Shown: one piece after another, positions 1-12,283 of the stretch | Layout of the letters: each line of letters opens with the position of its first letter | Numbering within the stretch: the first letter of the stretch is position 1 | NCBI RefSeq assembly: GCF_006345805.1 | Contig: NC_043016.1 | Coordinates: 32,860,001 to 32,924,000 of the forward strand | Source: Octopus sinensis | Taxonomy: Eukaryota | Direction of reading: 5' to 3' | Length of the DNA: 64,000 nt | Made by a program: the position numbers and the translations under genes | Notes under the pieces: generated by a model | Told to the model about the DNA's origin: nothing | The model's database searches: none | What the model saw: the letters and a program-made list of their open reading frames with translations, nothing else

Positions 1-225
1 AGACACTTTATTTCATGTTGCTCCAGTTCACTCAGCTGTAGAAATGAGTTGCGATGTCACTGGTACCAAGCTGTTGGCCTTTGCCTTGGATAACATTGGT
101 GGCATGAAGAGGGGAGGCTGGTATGCATGGCTGGTCTTTCATAAACAACCTTGCCTGGACTTGTGCCTCAGAGGGGAACTTCTAGGTGTAATCCCATGGT
201 CACTCATGACTGAAGGGTGTCATTA
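1..225 (+). mobile_element. tRNA-derived SINE body (family A), head outside window
   Basis: Same sequence as the body of the complete copy at 33480..33796, which has box A/box B-like motifs. Confidence 0.75.
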
Positions 226-884
226 CCTATACATACATACATCACACATATGCACACACACACACACACCTGTGAAATTATAGTCATTACTGGTGCCATG
301 TAAATGGTACTCATGCTGGTGGCACATAAAAGCACCCATTGCCCTCTTGGGGTGGTTGGCATTAGGAAGGGCATCCAGCTCTTCTTAAATTAGACTGGAA
401 TCTGATGCAGCTCTCCAGCTTACCAGTTTCAGTCAAACCATGTAACCCATCAATATGTGTGTGTACCACAAAGGAATAGGGATTTTAAATCCAGGTAGAT
501 ACTTTACTAACACTGTTAAAAATCTAGACTTGGCTAGCCACATCAAATATTAGGAAACATTTGGAATCGTTTAGAATAAACAATTGTTTTGGGGCTTCTT
601 TGAATTGGTAAATCCTGAATTTGCTTCAAAAGATTCTTATAAAATTCAGGGTGTATAAGAAATACAGAATAAAGAATGGAGAATGATACATCTTTTATTA
701 AAATCTTTTTTTTAGCATATAAAATTCTGCTACATAACTGTCTTAGGGCCCTTAGATGTGATAGTAATCCAAAGATTGACTTTCTTATATAACTTTTTTT
801 AACCTGGATGAAGTGAACTGAAATGCTGCAGTATCAAAGGTAAATGCCTAAAAAATCATAAGTGATAAGTGAATATAAAAGAAA

Positions 885-1200
885 GGGACTGTGTGGTAAG
901 AAGCTTGCTCCTCAACCACATGGTTCCAGGTTGTCCCACTACATGGTACCTTGGGCAAGCATTTTCTACTATAACCTCAGACCAACCAAAGCCTTGTCAG
1001 TGGATGCATGTGTGTGTGTGTGTATCTTTCTGTCTGTCTTTCCCCTCTCCCACCCCTCACTACTTGACAACAGCTTAGCAGTTCGGCAAAAGAGTCTAAT
1101 ATAATAACCACCAGGCTTAAAAAGAAGTACTGGGGTTGATTCATTCAACAAAAAAATTCAAAGTGGTGTTCCAACATGGCTAAAGTCTAATGACTGAAAC
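885..1200 (+). mobile_element. Degenerate SINE (family B, CORE-like ccttgggcaag motif)
   Basis: Similar to 39310..39680 and 35680..36072: gtgtggtaagaagcttgct head, ccttgggcaag, 3' end ccagcatggc..atgactgaaac. Mirror copy at about 32508..32825. Confidence 0.7.
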
Positions 1201-1220
1201 TATTTTTTATATTAACTGAT

Positions 1221-1414
1221 GTTATCCAAGGGAAAGGCAAAGGCTGATACAGCTTGGTACCAGTGATATTGCAACTCATTTCCGCAGTTGAGTGAACTGG
1301 AGCAACATGAAATAAAGTGTCTTGCTTAAGAGTACAACACACGGCCCAGTCCAGGAATCGAACTCACTACCTCATAATTGCGAGCCTGATGCCCTAACTA
1401 CTGAGCCATGCACC
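1221..1414 (-). mobile_element. tRNA-derived SINE 5' half (family A), in the intron upstream of the GT exon
   Basis: Minus strand reads tggctcagtagttaggg (box A) and gagttcgattcc (box B), then aagcaagacactttatttc. Confidence 0.75.
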
Positions 1415-1490
1415 TTCTTCATGTTATTGTTATTGTCTTTATATACATATATATATTATATATTATCTTTTCTTTTCTTTTTTTTTGCAG

Positions 1491-2568
1491 TGTGATATAA
1501 CATCAAAGTTTTCTGGACATATCACTGTCAAGTTACACAGGAATACCAATATCTGTGAAAATGCTTCGTCTAAAACGTTATTTATGTTTATTATTTTTCT
1601 TTTCTTTTTATTGCTTGCACACTTGTGTTCATTGGGATGAAAATGCTCCAGAAAAATGAATTGAAATCACAAATTTTAAAAAGTGAACAAAAGAACTATT
1701 CTCAAAATCTTCAAGGTGTAATCAGCCAGTCAGTTGAAATTGCTAAAGATATTATGAAAAAAATTTAGTTTTATTTACTTTTATTAACAATGCTTATTTA
1801 CCTTTTGTCTATAGTTGGTTGTGTAACACTGTTAATATGGGTATCCATGAGCAAATTCTCTTTATTACTACAGATGCTATATCAAAACAACAATTTGAGA
1901 AGGATTGGCCTAATGTCAAAGTTGTTGTGTTGCCCATTACTTCACTAAATGGTAATCAAACTTATAGTAAAGTTGGTTATGTAAAACTAATGGTGAAACG
2001 TACAGAAATTTTAAATTCTTTATTGCAGAATGATATTGAATTGCTCTTATTTGAAGTTGACTGTCTTTGGGTTTCTAATCCTATTGATGAATGCAAAAAA
2101 ATAGCATTGAAAAATGATATGATAGTTACAAGTATTGCTGGCAGAAAAAATACTGCTGCTGGAGGTTTCATATATATGAAGCCTACAAAAGCTGTGAAAA
2201 CTCTCTTGCAAGAACTGAATTCAAAGGTGAGACGTCTTGGCAAAGAAATTAAAGGAAAAAATAATAATAAACATGTATCTAAAAGAAAAAATGACCAGGT
2301 ATACTTGAACGAACTTATTAATAAACGATTTGGTGGAATAAAATATGAAGTTCTTCCATTTGACAGATATATTGATGGAAAATGGTATGAAATGAAATTA
2401 GAAAATCGTCAGAAGAAACATGTTGTTATTATTCACAATAACTGGGTAGTTGGAAATGCAAAAAAGTTAAAACGAGCCAAAAAATTTGGACATTGGTTTA
2501 TAGATGACTCAATGAAATGTAAAATGGATCAAGTTGACAGAGTAGTTAACCGTGGGTTGTATGTGTAA
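1491..2568 (+). pseudogene. Nucleotide-diphospho-sugar transferase (GT77/PF03407-like) coding exon, frameshifted copy
   Basis: Polypyrimidine + CAG acceptor ends at 1490. ORF 1819..2568 has LLFEVDCLW (DxD position), AGGF, NDQ and HNNWVVG..K motifs. Relative to the right copy there are +2 nt in T runs at 1591..1612 and -4 nt at 1757..1763, giving premature stops. The indels lie at homopolymers and could be assembly errors. Confidence 0.75.
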
Positions 2569-3444
2569 TTTAAATCAGGGTTAAATATATTCTTTGGTTT
2601 CAACATCACATTTGTATTCATTTTTGGTTTCCTTCTAACATTTTTGGTTCTCATCAGCTGAACATTAGTACACCGGCATACCTGTACTCTCTTTTACTCT
2701 CTTTTAGAGAGTATATTTATATTTATGTAGTATATTTATATTTGAGATTTATTTAATCAGTAATTAAAAATACATCAATATATACTCAAAACATATACAA
2801 TAGGAATTTTGTTCAGAATATTAAGCAGGCATTCAGTTTCTGAAGCCATTGAAGAAGCTTCTCTGTAGTCACTCAGTAGGTACCTAATATTCTTCAAATT
2901 TAACTTAGCGTCCTAAAAGTAATGGATAAATTGATCTGAGCATCTCTACATAGTAAGTAAAGAAAGCAAACAACTAAAATACCCATGGATATTGCATTAC
3001 CACAGAAACAAAAGAACAAATGAGTTGCATAAACAATACATTCTTGTTTAGGCCTACAATCTTTTCAGCAGCTCTCAATAAATTACAAAAAAAATAAAAA
3101 TACAAATCACTGCATATTTCTAGCATTTCATCAATAAACCAAATTCTTAATTACACACGAAAACACTAAAAATAAAAGACTATATAAACAGGAATGAGAC
3201 ACAGTTGCTGTGGTAAACACCAACCTTCACAATCCCTACCATTTCATGTACAACTATCTCAAGTATATATGTATATATGCACAAATGCGAAAACTCATTG
3301 ACTTGCATATATATACATATGTGTGTGTCTCTGTGTATATGTTTGCATCAGTTTGTCGTGCTAGTCTATTTGAAACCCATGTAGCTAATTAAATTGTTTA
3401 CAATGCCTCATTATTCTCTGTATTTTCTCTCACTCTCACTCCCT

Positions 3445-3517
3445 GTATACATCTGTGTGTATACGTGTGTGTGTATATGTATGTGCATATATTTGTGTGT
3501 GTGTGTCTGTGTGTATG

Positions 3518-3550
<33 letters not shown>

Positions 3551-3648
3551 CTGTGTGTATGTATGTATATACATATATTTATATATATATGTATATGTGT
3601 GTATATATATATGTATATGTGTGTATATATATGTATATATGTATATAA
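3445..3648. repeat. Compound (TG)n/(TA)n microsatellite
   Basis: Visible directly; mirror at about 30068..30305 has a different length. Confidence 0.95.
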
Positions 3649-4435
3649 TGTCGGCGTCACTTTCTCATCATGAATGATGTCCATATTGTTCATGAAGCAG
3701 AGATCCAGAATGTTATTTACCCTAATTGGTCTGAGTACTGCTTGCTCCATGAATAGGGCATTGGTGAGGTTGAGCATGGACTCCACCTGTGCTTGCTTGC
3801 AATGAGTCAATCCTTAGAGTATGTGACCTTTGGGCCATTTGACGTTGTGTAAGTTGAAATCACCCATAAGAAATATGGTCATGTGGTGATCCAGATTCAT
3901 GAGGATTTCTTTAATTCTTGTGAAGCAATCTTCAAACTTGACTATGTGGTTTGGAGCATCTGGTGGGCAATATGTATTGCATATGACTATATTATGTTGT
4001 CTTATGTATACAATTAGAGTGTCACATACTGAATTTGAGTATGACAGTAAGACCTGTGGTGTGAGGTCGACATGGAGGTATACAGCAACTCCACTATGAC
4101 TCCTTTCCCTTCTGTCTGTTCATAGTCTGGCATATTTTGGTATGTGTACTTCTGCATCCTCTATATCAAGGCTGAGGTGAGTTTCCATGAGTGCTATGCA
4201 TAGGGCTTGATTGCATGCAGTAAGATCTCTCAGGAAAGAAATTTTGCTTTTATTGTGATGCAAAAGGCCCCCAATATATAGTAAAAGTATTCGTGTGATG
4301 ACTGTACAGGCGTTAGGGGAGGCCATCCCGTGTCTGTTGACTGTGGTGGACAAGGTTCCTTGTTTGTGCTTGAAGTTGCCAGGTCAGCTGCTGCACAATC
4401 TTTTGTGCCATGTACAAAAAAGACTCTTGCTCAGT
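3649..4435 (-). mobile_element. Degenerate CR1/L2-group LINE apurinic endonuclease fragment
   Basis: Translations LCIALMETHL..EVHIP.Y, GVAVY, GDFNL and NILDLCF, interrupted by stops. Confidence 0.75.
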
Positions 4436-4439
4436 TGCT

Positions 4440-6866
4440 GGCTAGGAAATCGTTAATTAGATATAATAATAAATTATGGGCTAGGAAGGATACTAGAGAC
4501 TATTTTGATATACCTATGGGGGCACCAGATTCTGCACAGGCTACTGATTTAGTAGGTATTTTTTTATCAGAACTTCAATTAGAAAATTTTAATTTAGAGG
4601 GTGGTCTATATAGGGATGAGCTTTTATTACTTACTAGGGATTGTACAAATAGAAAATTAGAATTATATAAAAAGAAACTTTATAATTTCTTTAAAAGATA
4701 TGGTTTAAGTATTACTATTTATAATGAGAACTATAATGTTAATTATTTAGATGTTAATTTTATTTAATAATGGGTGAAACCCAACCATTCCATAAAATTA
4801 ACGAAAATCTGAAATATATTCATTCTTATAGTAATCATCCACCTTCTGTTAAAGAATCGTTGATAAATAATGTAGGTAAAAGAATATCATTACTTGCTTA
4901 TGATTTAGAGATTTTTAATAAACATGCACCTTGTTATAATAAAGCCCTGCATGATGCAGGATATAATAATAATATTAAATTCTTTAATACTTGTAAACAT
5001 AATTATAATTTGAAGGAGTATAATATAAATGATTTTTATAATGATAAACCTAATTATCTGAATTATGATAAATTTTATTTAGGTATCTATCATCCTAATA
5101 ATAATAGGTATTTTGATGATGTAAATAATACATTTAATATTGGAATGAAAAATAAAAATAAGATAAAATTTAATTCAATTAATGAAGATAATAAATTTAA
5201 TAATATTACAAAAAAATATAATAATAATATAAAAATAAAATATGGTTAGTTGTTCCTTTTGGGGTTCAAGTTAAAGCAAATCTTATTAAAAGGATTTTAA
5301 ATATAATTGAAATATTCATTATGGATAATAAAAAATATAACATTTTTTCTACTAATAATTTTGGAGTTGGGTATTCAACTACTACTAATGTTGGTAATAT
5401 TTCTTCATTTAATACATTTAAATTAAATAAATTCTACAAAGATATATTAAACATTGATTCCAATAATAATAAAGACCAAGATATAATTTATTGTACATGT
5501 AGGGATAAAACTACATGTAAATTTAATAATTGTAAATTAGATAATGTAGTCTATAAGTGTATGGTAACTTTAATAGATGATAAGAATTTGAATTATCATA
5601 ATTTAAACACTATTTATATAGGGTCCACTTTGAATAAAATTAAATCTAGAGTAGCACAACATATGTATTCTTTTAGGAAAAAAAATCTAATAAATTCAAC
5701 AGGTCTCAGTAAATATATTTGAGACCTTAGATCTAGATCTATTAAATATGAATTAACTTGGGAGATTATTTGTAGGGCTAAATCATATTCTATATGGAGT
5801 AATTATTGTTCATTGTGTAATAATGAATTAAAAGAAATATTATTTAATAACAACTATGTGTTAGTAAACTCATTAGAGGAACGTAAAATTAAATGTAAAC
5901 ATCAATTAAATTACCTATATAATAGGTTTAGCTAATAAATGATTATATAAATTGATTAAGATATATTAATTATAGTAATATATATTAATTTAAATATGAT
6001 ATATATTTTACTTATTTATTATTTGAACTTTAAATTTATAGTAAAAAGTCATTTAAAATTAAATGCTAACATAATTTATTTATCTATATGATACGTTTAG
6101 CTTATTTTTCCGTATGTATAAAACCTTATCTCTTTTTATGTTATTTATTGTAGATATAATTTAGTAGTATTAGTGTATAATTTACTATATTATTATGTGT
6201 TATATTAATATATTTGAATAATTTTAAACTTAGATATTTCCTAATACATAAATGATTATTTATAATTTTATTAAGACCTATTAATTATAGTAATATAAAT
6301 TAATTTAATATTATATGTATATTTTATGTAATAATTATTTGGTAATTAATTTATAGTAAATAGTCATTTATAGTTCTTTTGTTATTCTATTTTTCTTTCA
6401 TTCATGAAGCTTAAATTAATTTTTCATTAATAAATATTTTTCATCATTTTCATTGATAATATTATTATATTTTTTACACGTCTTCACGAGTTTAATTTCT
6501 TATAAACGCTAAGTAATGTTTTTTATTTAACAATATTATTTAACTTTTAAATTGTATTAAGTTTGATTATTATTATGATTATTATTGTAGCTAAAATATT
6601 AATTTATATATAATTTATTGATAATTATTAGTTACGATACGTATATCTATTTATTTATTATGTTTTATGATTATTATTAATTTTATAATGTGATTTAACG
6701 AATTATATAATTTAATTTGAGAATTAGTTTAGTAAGACAATATATTATTTAAAGGTTAGGTGGTCTATTTATTTCATAGTATTACATTTAAGTAAATTAG
6801 TTTAATATTAATTAATATTTTGGTCAACTATATAATTGAAGAAAATAATAAATCTATATATATACT
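4440..6866 (+). mobile_element. Degenerate, very AT-rich Penelope-like element (RT + C-terminal GIY-YIG) with long AT-rich 3' region
   Basis: FDIPMGAPDSAQ..DLVG, GLYRD, YLDV and SNHPP (RT/thumb); CTCRDKTTC, VVY..YIGST, STGLSKYI, CSLC and KCKH (endonuclease). Coding part is about 4440..5930 with frameshifts and stops. Confidence 0.85.
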
Positions 6867-6867
6867 A

Positions 6868-9790
6868 CATCATCATCGTTTAACGTCCGCTTTCCATGCT
6901 AGCATGGGTTGGACGGTTCAACTGGGGTCTGGGAAGCCCGAAGGCTGCACCAGGCCAGTCAAATCTGGCAGTGTTTCTACAGCTGGATGCCCTTCCTAAT
7001 GCCAACCACTCCGTGAGTGTAGTGGGCGCTTTTTACGTGCCACCGACACATGTGCCAGACGAGGCTGGCGAACGGCCACGCTCGGATGGTGCTTTTTATG
7101 TGCCACCGGCACGGAGGTAAGGCGAGGCTGGCAATGGCCACGATTGGATCGTGTTTGTTACATGCCACGGGCACAGAGGCCAGTCGATACGGCGCTGGCT
7201 ACGGCCACGTTCGGATGGTTCTCTTACATGCCACCGGCACTGGTATCACAACTACAAATTCCATTGATGTTGATCGATTTCGATTTTCACTTGCCTCAAC
7301 AGGTCTTCACAAGTAGAGTTTTGTGTCCCAAGAAGGAAGGTATGTATAGGTGGACTGACTACGTCCCAGGTAGAGGCCACGGGTTATGGCCTCACTTGTC
7401 CTGCCGGGTTTTCTCACGCACAGCATACTTCCAAAGGTCTCGGTCTCCGGTCATTTCCTCGGTGAGACTTAAAGTTCGAAGGTCGTGCTTCACCACCTCG
7501 TCCCAGGTTTTCCTGGGTCTACCTCTTCCACAGGTTCCCTGAACCACTTGGGTGTGGCACTTTTTCACACAACTATCTTCATCCAATTTTACCACGTGTC
7601 CATACCAGTGTAGAGGTCTCTCTTGCACACCATGTCTGATGCTTCTTAGGTCCAACTTTTCTCTCAAGGCACTTACACTGTGTCGGCTATGAACACTGAC
7701 ATTACACATCCATTGGAACATACTGGCTTCATTTCTTGCAAGCTTACGCATATCCTCAGCAGTCACGGCCCATGTTTCACTGGCATGTAGCATGGCTGTT
7801 CGTACACATGCGTCATACAGTCTGCCTTTTACTCTGAGCGAGAGGCCTCTTGTTACCAGCAGAGGTAAGAGCTCTCTGAACTTTGCCCAGGCTATTCTTA
7901 CTCTAGCAGTTACACTTTCAGCACACCCGCCCCCGCTACTGACTTGATCACCTAGGTAATGGAAACTATCAACTATTTCTAGGTTTTCTCCCTGGAGTGT
8001 GGCGGAAGATGGTATCTGCGCATTTTCAGTGTTTATTTCACCAGAGCATGTGCCACATACAAAAAGTATCTTCCCAGTTAGCCTTCCTTTGACATTGCTG
8101 CACCTCTTATGTGTCCATAGCTTACACTTGGTGCATCTTACTACGCCTTTTCTACAGATCGAGCAGGGCCATCTACCTGAAGGCGTTTGTGATTTGTCTA
8201 CCTTCCTACTTATTAGGACTTTGGTTTTAGCTAGGTTGACTCTAAAGCCTTTCGATTCTAATCCTTGCTTCCACACCTGAAACTTCTCCTCCAGTTCTGA
8301 TAGTGACTCAGTAATTAGAGCAAGGTCATCAGCATAGAGGAGCTCCCAGGGGCATTCTGTCTTGAATTCCTCTGTTATTGCCTGGAGGACTATGATAAAT
8401 AGGAGGTGGCTGAGGACTGAGCCTTGGTGAACCCCTACCTCTACCCGGAATTCTTCACTGTACTTGTTGCCAACCCTCACCTTATTAACAGCGTCCCTGT
8501 ACATGGCTCGCACAGCTCTCACTAACCATTCATCTATCCCTAGTTTCCTCATTGACCACCAGATAAGGGATCGGGGCACCCTGTCAAAGGCTTTCTCCAA
8601 GTCAACGAAAGCCAGGTACAGAGTTTTATCTTTGGCAAGGTATTTCTCCTGCAGCTGTCTCACCAGAAATATGGCATTGGTAGTGCTTTTCCCTGGCATG
8701 AAACCGAACTGTATCTCATCCAGGTTGACTCTCCCCCCAATCAGTTGGGCTATGACCCTTTCCGTAACCTTCGTTACCTGATCTAACAGCTTGATACCTC
8801 TGTAATTACTTGTATGTAGGGCGCCACCTTTACCGTTGTAGCAGTTGACTATTATGCTACTACACCAGTCATTGGGTATGACTCCTTCGTGTATCACCTG
8901 GTTAACTATACGGGTGACTAGGCTATAGCCGACACTGCCAGATATTTTGAGCATCTCTGCAGTAATTCCTGATGGGCCTGGGGTTTTCCCTGTCTTCATG
9001 CTTCTAATTGCCTTAACTACCAAGGAACTGTCAACTTGGATAGCTGGTCCCTCTGTTGGGTCGACATTCGGCAGACTCTCTTTATCCCATTTATTTTCTT
9101 TATTCAGCAACCTTTCATAGTGGCATCTCCAAACCTCTCTCTTTGCATCCTCATTTAGTGCAAGTGAACCATCATCTATGTGAACACATTTCTCTCTTAC
9201 CACATCACGGTTCTCTCTCACATACTGTCTTCCCTCCTCATTGCGAGAACCAAAACCGTAGTCTCCATGTATGCCGTGGAAGCCCCCAACATGCCGTCCA
9301 ACATGTCCATTGAAGTCCCCTGCCACAAAGAGAAGGTCTCTGTCATTTGTCAACGAGGTAGTCTGTAATAGGGTGTCATAGAATCGGTCTTTCTATCCTT
9401 CAGGTAGCCCCGGTTGAGGGGCAGATGCCAAGTTGATGGTAGCTGACCTATGATGAAGCACTAATCTAATCTTAAGTATTCTGTCACATACTCTGACTAC
9501 CTCGTTTACTTTATCAACCCATTTCTCTGCAAGAAGTATACCCATGCCCCCGACCCCGTCAGTGTTCCCTGCCCAGAAAATCTTGTACCTGTGTTCTTTG
9601 CCGGTGAGGAACCTAGCGGAACCTCCTCTCCACCTTACTTCTTGGATGCAGCACAAATCCAAACGTCTCCGTTCAAGCAGCTCGATAATCTCACCAGACC
9701 TACCTTTCAATGTGCAAACTCTGAGGGTGTGGGAGGTGTGGGCCTGCGAGACCCTGGGATGAGGGACAGCAATTGGCAGATTTCATAAAG
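6868..9790 (-). mobile_element. RTE-clade LINE copy 1 (APE endonuclease + RT, internal deletion near 9230)
   Basis: ORFs 9393..9710 (CIQEVRW) and 7392..9353 (GDFNGHVG, DLEKAFDRV, VGVHQGS, YADD, Cys-rich insert, RGRPRKTW). 3' UTR ends in (gat)n at 6868. NEEG is fused to RQYVREN, skipping about 0.66 kb that is present in copy 2. Confidence 0.95.
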
Positions 9791-10337
9791 AAACACTAGA
9801 AACACCAGACTAACCTGCATACACTACACAGTTTTTTTGCGCTATATGACCGAATAAGTCCTACAATAGGGTTGTGGGTGAGTGTCCGCGGGAGGGGATG
9901 CACATGTAAGACTGAGGTACTAACTTCCGGTTTTGGTGGAGGGAGGTATGACCGGTTTTTGTAGAGAGGTACTGACTTCCAGTTTTGGTGGAGGGGCGGG
10001 ACTACCGCGAAACAGCAAATGTCGAAAAGCGTGTGCCAAGAGCTGAAAGCCGAAATTTTTAAGGGAATTTGGGAGAAAAGGACAACCCTGAAATAAAGGA
10101 GGAATATAGAAAATGCATCGTCTAAGACAAATAGAAAGCTAGCGGCATCCTGTTTACAAGACAGAGAGATAAATAATAGAGAGGGACAAGATAGAGAGAT
10201 AAATAATAGAGAGCGGAAGGCGTTAGTGTTACAGATCTACGCATAAACAGTAATGGATGAGGTTAAAGTCAAAATAGGTTAGCTGCTCATTTCTGAAACC
10301 CGAGTTTTATCATCCGAAGCAATGAGAATCAGTAGAA

Positions 10338-12283
10338 TATCTTTATTATGATCATGGTGATCTTACATAAAATGAGACAATACAGGACAAACAAAAGACA
10401 AAGATGTTACATGAGTTCGCATTGTATAAATATTAAAAATTAACTTACATAATATGTATTTTATATATCGTTTGAAAAAAATTAGAACTTTGATGTAAAC
10501 TGAAACTAAGTCATAGAAACACACGAACAAAACGTTATAGGTCGCACCTGTAAGGTCCTGCAACGAACTTTTCCTTTCCTCAATGATTAAGCTGGGTTAC
10601 TAACACCCACCTTTCTCATCACATCCTTCCGTTGTTTCTCGAATACTCTCGGTGGCAGGGTCCTCCTCTCCAGCCCCATCTTGCTCTTCAGATGGTATCT
10701 GAAGTAGGTCAGCAAACCGGGGCCTGAGATGAAAGACCCTTTCACCGCACCTTCCATCCTCGTTCTCCAGACGCACTCTTTCAATATTGCAACCGTACAG
10801 TAAAAACATGCTTTACCTTCCTCTGTGAGTCCAGCTGGCGGAATCATCTTTATCATAGATTCAGCTGACAGCTGTACTCGCCCCAATGCGACAGCACGTG
10901 TTTGACGTAACTCATCAAGCTAGATAGCTCCCGACATTGCACAATAGCGTGCTGGACAGTTTCCTTGTCTACCCCGCATCTTGGACACGTCGGTGACACT
11001 GGTACTCCGTGTCTGGATAACTTATCTCGAACAGGTAAAGCGTTCCTATAACACTGCCAGGTCAGGGAAGTTATCCAAATACCCCGACCTGAAAGTTTTT
11101 TTAAACAGGTTGGCGAGTTGGTTCTCATCGAACCCCAGAGCCCTTCCTAGGACGTCATCGTTCTTTTCCTCTACCAGCCCTCTATAGAACACCGAGGTGG
11201 TATTCCCACTGCTGGCCTTGCCCGCCTTATGGATCAGCCAGAGTGCCTGATGGCACTCCTTCTGCCATAAAGTCAGGTTTCGTCTTTTAATGAGACCGGG
11301 TTTAAATCCCTCCAAGGAGGCCGGTCGCGGCAAGAGCTCCTCCGCCAGCGGACTTCACACCCTATCACTCTTCAAGTGGCACCAGAGATGTCTCAGCCTC
11401 AACGCATGTCTGCGCATCATCAGCCAGGGCATCCCCAGTCCACCTTTTAACGGTTCCTGGCAGCAAACGGAGCTCTTCACAAGTGGATTTCCTCCCTTCC
11501 ACAAAAAGCGGAAGATGATTCGCTCCAACTTGTTCATCCACGAATCGGGGCAAGGCACCACGGACAGGCGGTAGGTGATTACAGATGCTACAAACACCTG
11601 CACTACCTCCGCCCTGCCCTTCAAGGACAGAGGCCTTCCGGACCACTTCTGTACTATAGCCTCCACCTTGTTCACTGCCTCGCTCCAATTCTTCTCCGCC
11701 TGTGAGTCCGGAGCAAACAAACTCCGAGCAACTTAACAGGATCATCTGTCCAATGTCCGACGACACTGGACGATATCGGCTTGTTCCTCCAGGTGCCGAA
11801 ACGCAAACCGATGGACTTGTCCTTGTTAACTTTTGCCCCTGCCACCGCTTCGTATCTTCGGAGAGTACCTTCTATACGAGGTAGTTGTGCTTCGTCGGAC
11901 ACGATGAGGGTGACGTCATCTGCATAGGCGGAAACAGACCTACCGCATGCGATTTCATTTGGGTTGCCTCCTAACTTCTCCAACCTCCGCAGTAATGGCT
12001 CAATAGCCAAAACGAACAGAAGTGGAGACAAAGGACAACCTTGACGAACAGAACGCGTGATCGAAAACGGCTCCGTTAGGTAGCCGTTTATCTGGACTGT
12101 GGATTTTATGCCGCTGTACATAGCGGAGATCCACCCGCAAAAGCCAGGGCCCAGCCCAGCCGCTTCGAGGACCGCCCCCAGGTACTGATGGTCTACCCTA
12201 TCGAACGCTTTACTTTTGTCTAAATGGACCAATGCCCCTCCCTTGCCGGCTAATTTCCCAACCCTGTCTAAGGTGTAGCGTAG
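10338..12283 (-). mobile_element. L1/Tx1-clade LINE, 5'-truncated and frameshifted (RT + C-terminal zinc finger)
   Basis: LDKSKAFDRVDH, RSVRQGCPLSPLLF..AIEPL, AYADDVT, GGLG and NALPVRDKL..CPRC..ETVQH..C; aataaa at the 3' end near 10342. Confidence 0.9.

Larger units (their letters stand above)
1..9015 (+). repeat. Left arm of large inverted duplication A (extends beyond window start)
   Basis: Base 1 (agacactttatttc) is the reverse complement of 33704. The same order of SINEs, GT exon, CR1 fragment, Penelope and RTE is mirrored at 23911..33704, and many mirrored ORFs are near-identical (e.g. 969..1151 = 32557..32739, 3210..3392 = 30361..30543). Confidence 0.97.

Noticed and set aside
3394-3810. 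ORFs rich in C/V/Y/I or H/T (also about 30036..30359, 46247..47238, 47863..49350, 52817..54919)
   Set aside because: They are translations of TG/TA/CA microsatellites and satellites, not proteins.
5720-5722. TGA at a conserved Trp position (LSKYI*DL) in the AT-rich Penelope, hinting at an alternative genetic code or an organellar/foreign insert
   Set aside because: Nearby Trp residues use TGG and the element has other stops and frameshifts; this is a nonsense mutation that predates the duplication.
8030-8170. PHD-like Cys-rich domain in the RTE ORF as a captured host gene
   Set aside because: It is present in all three copies as an in-frame part of the element's ORF, and such inserts are a recognised feature of some RTE lineages.
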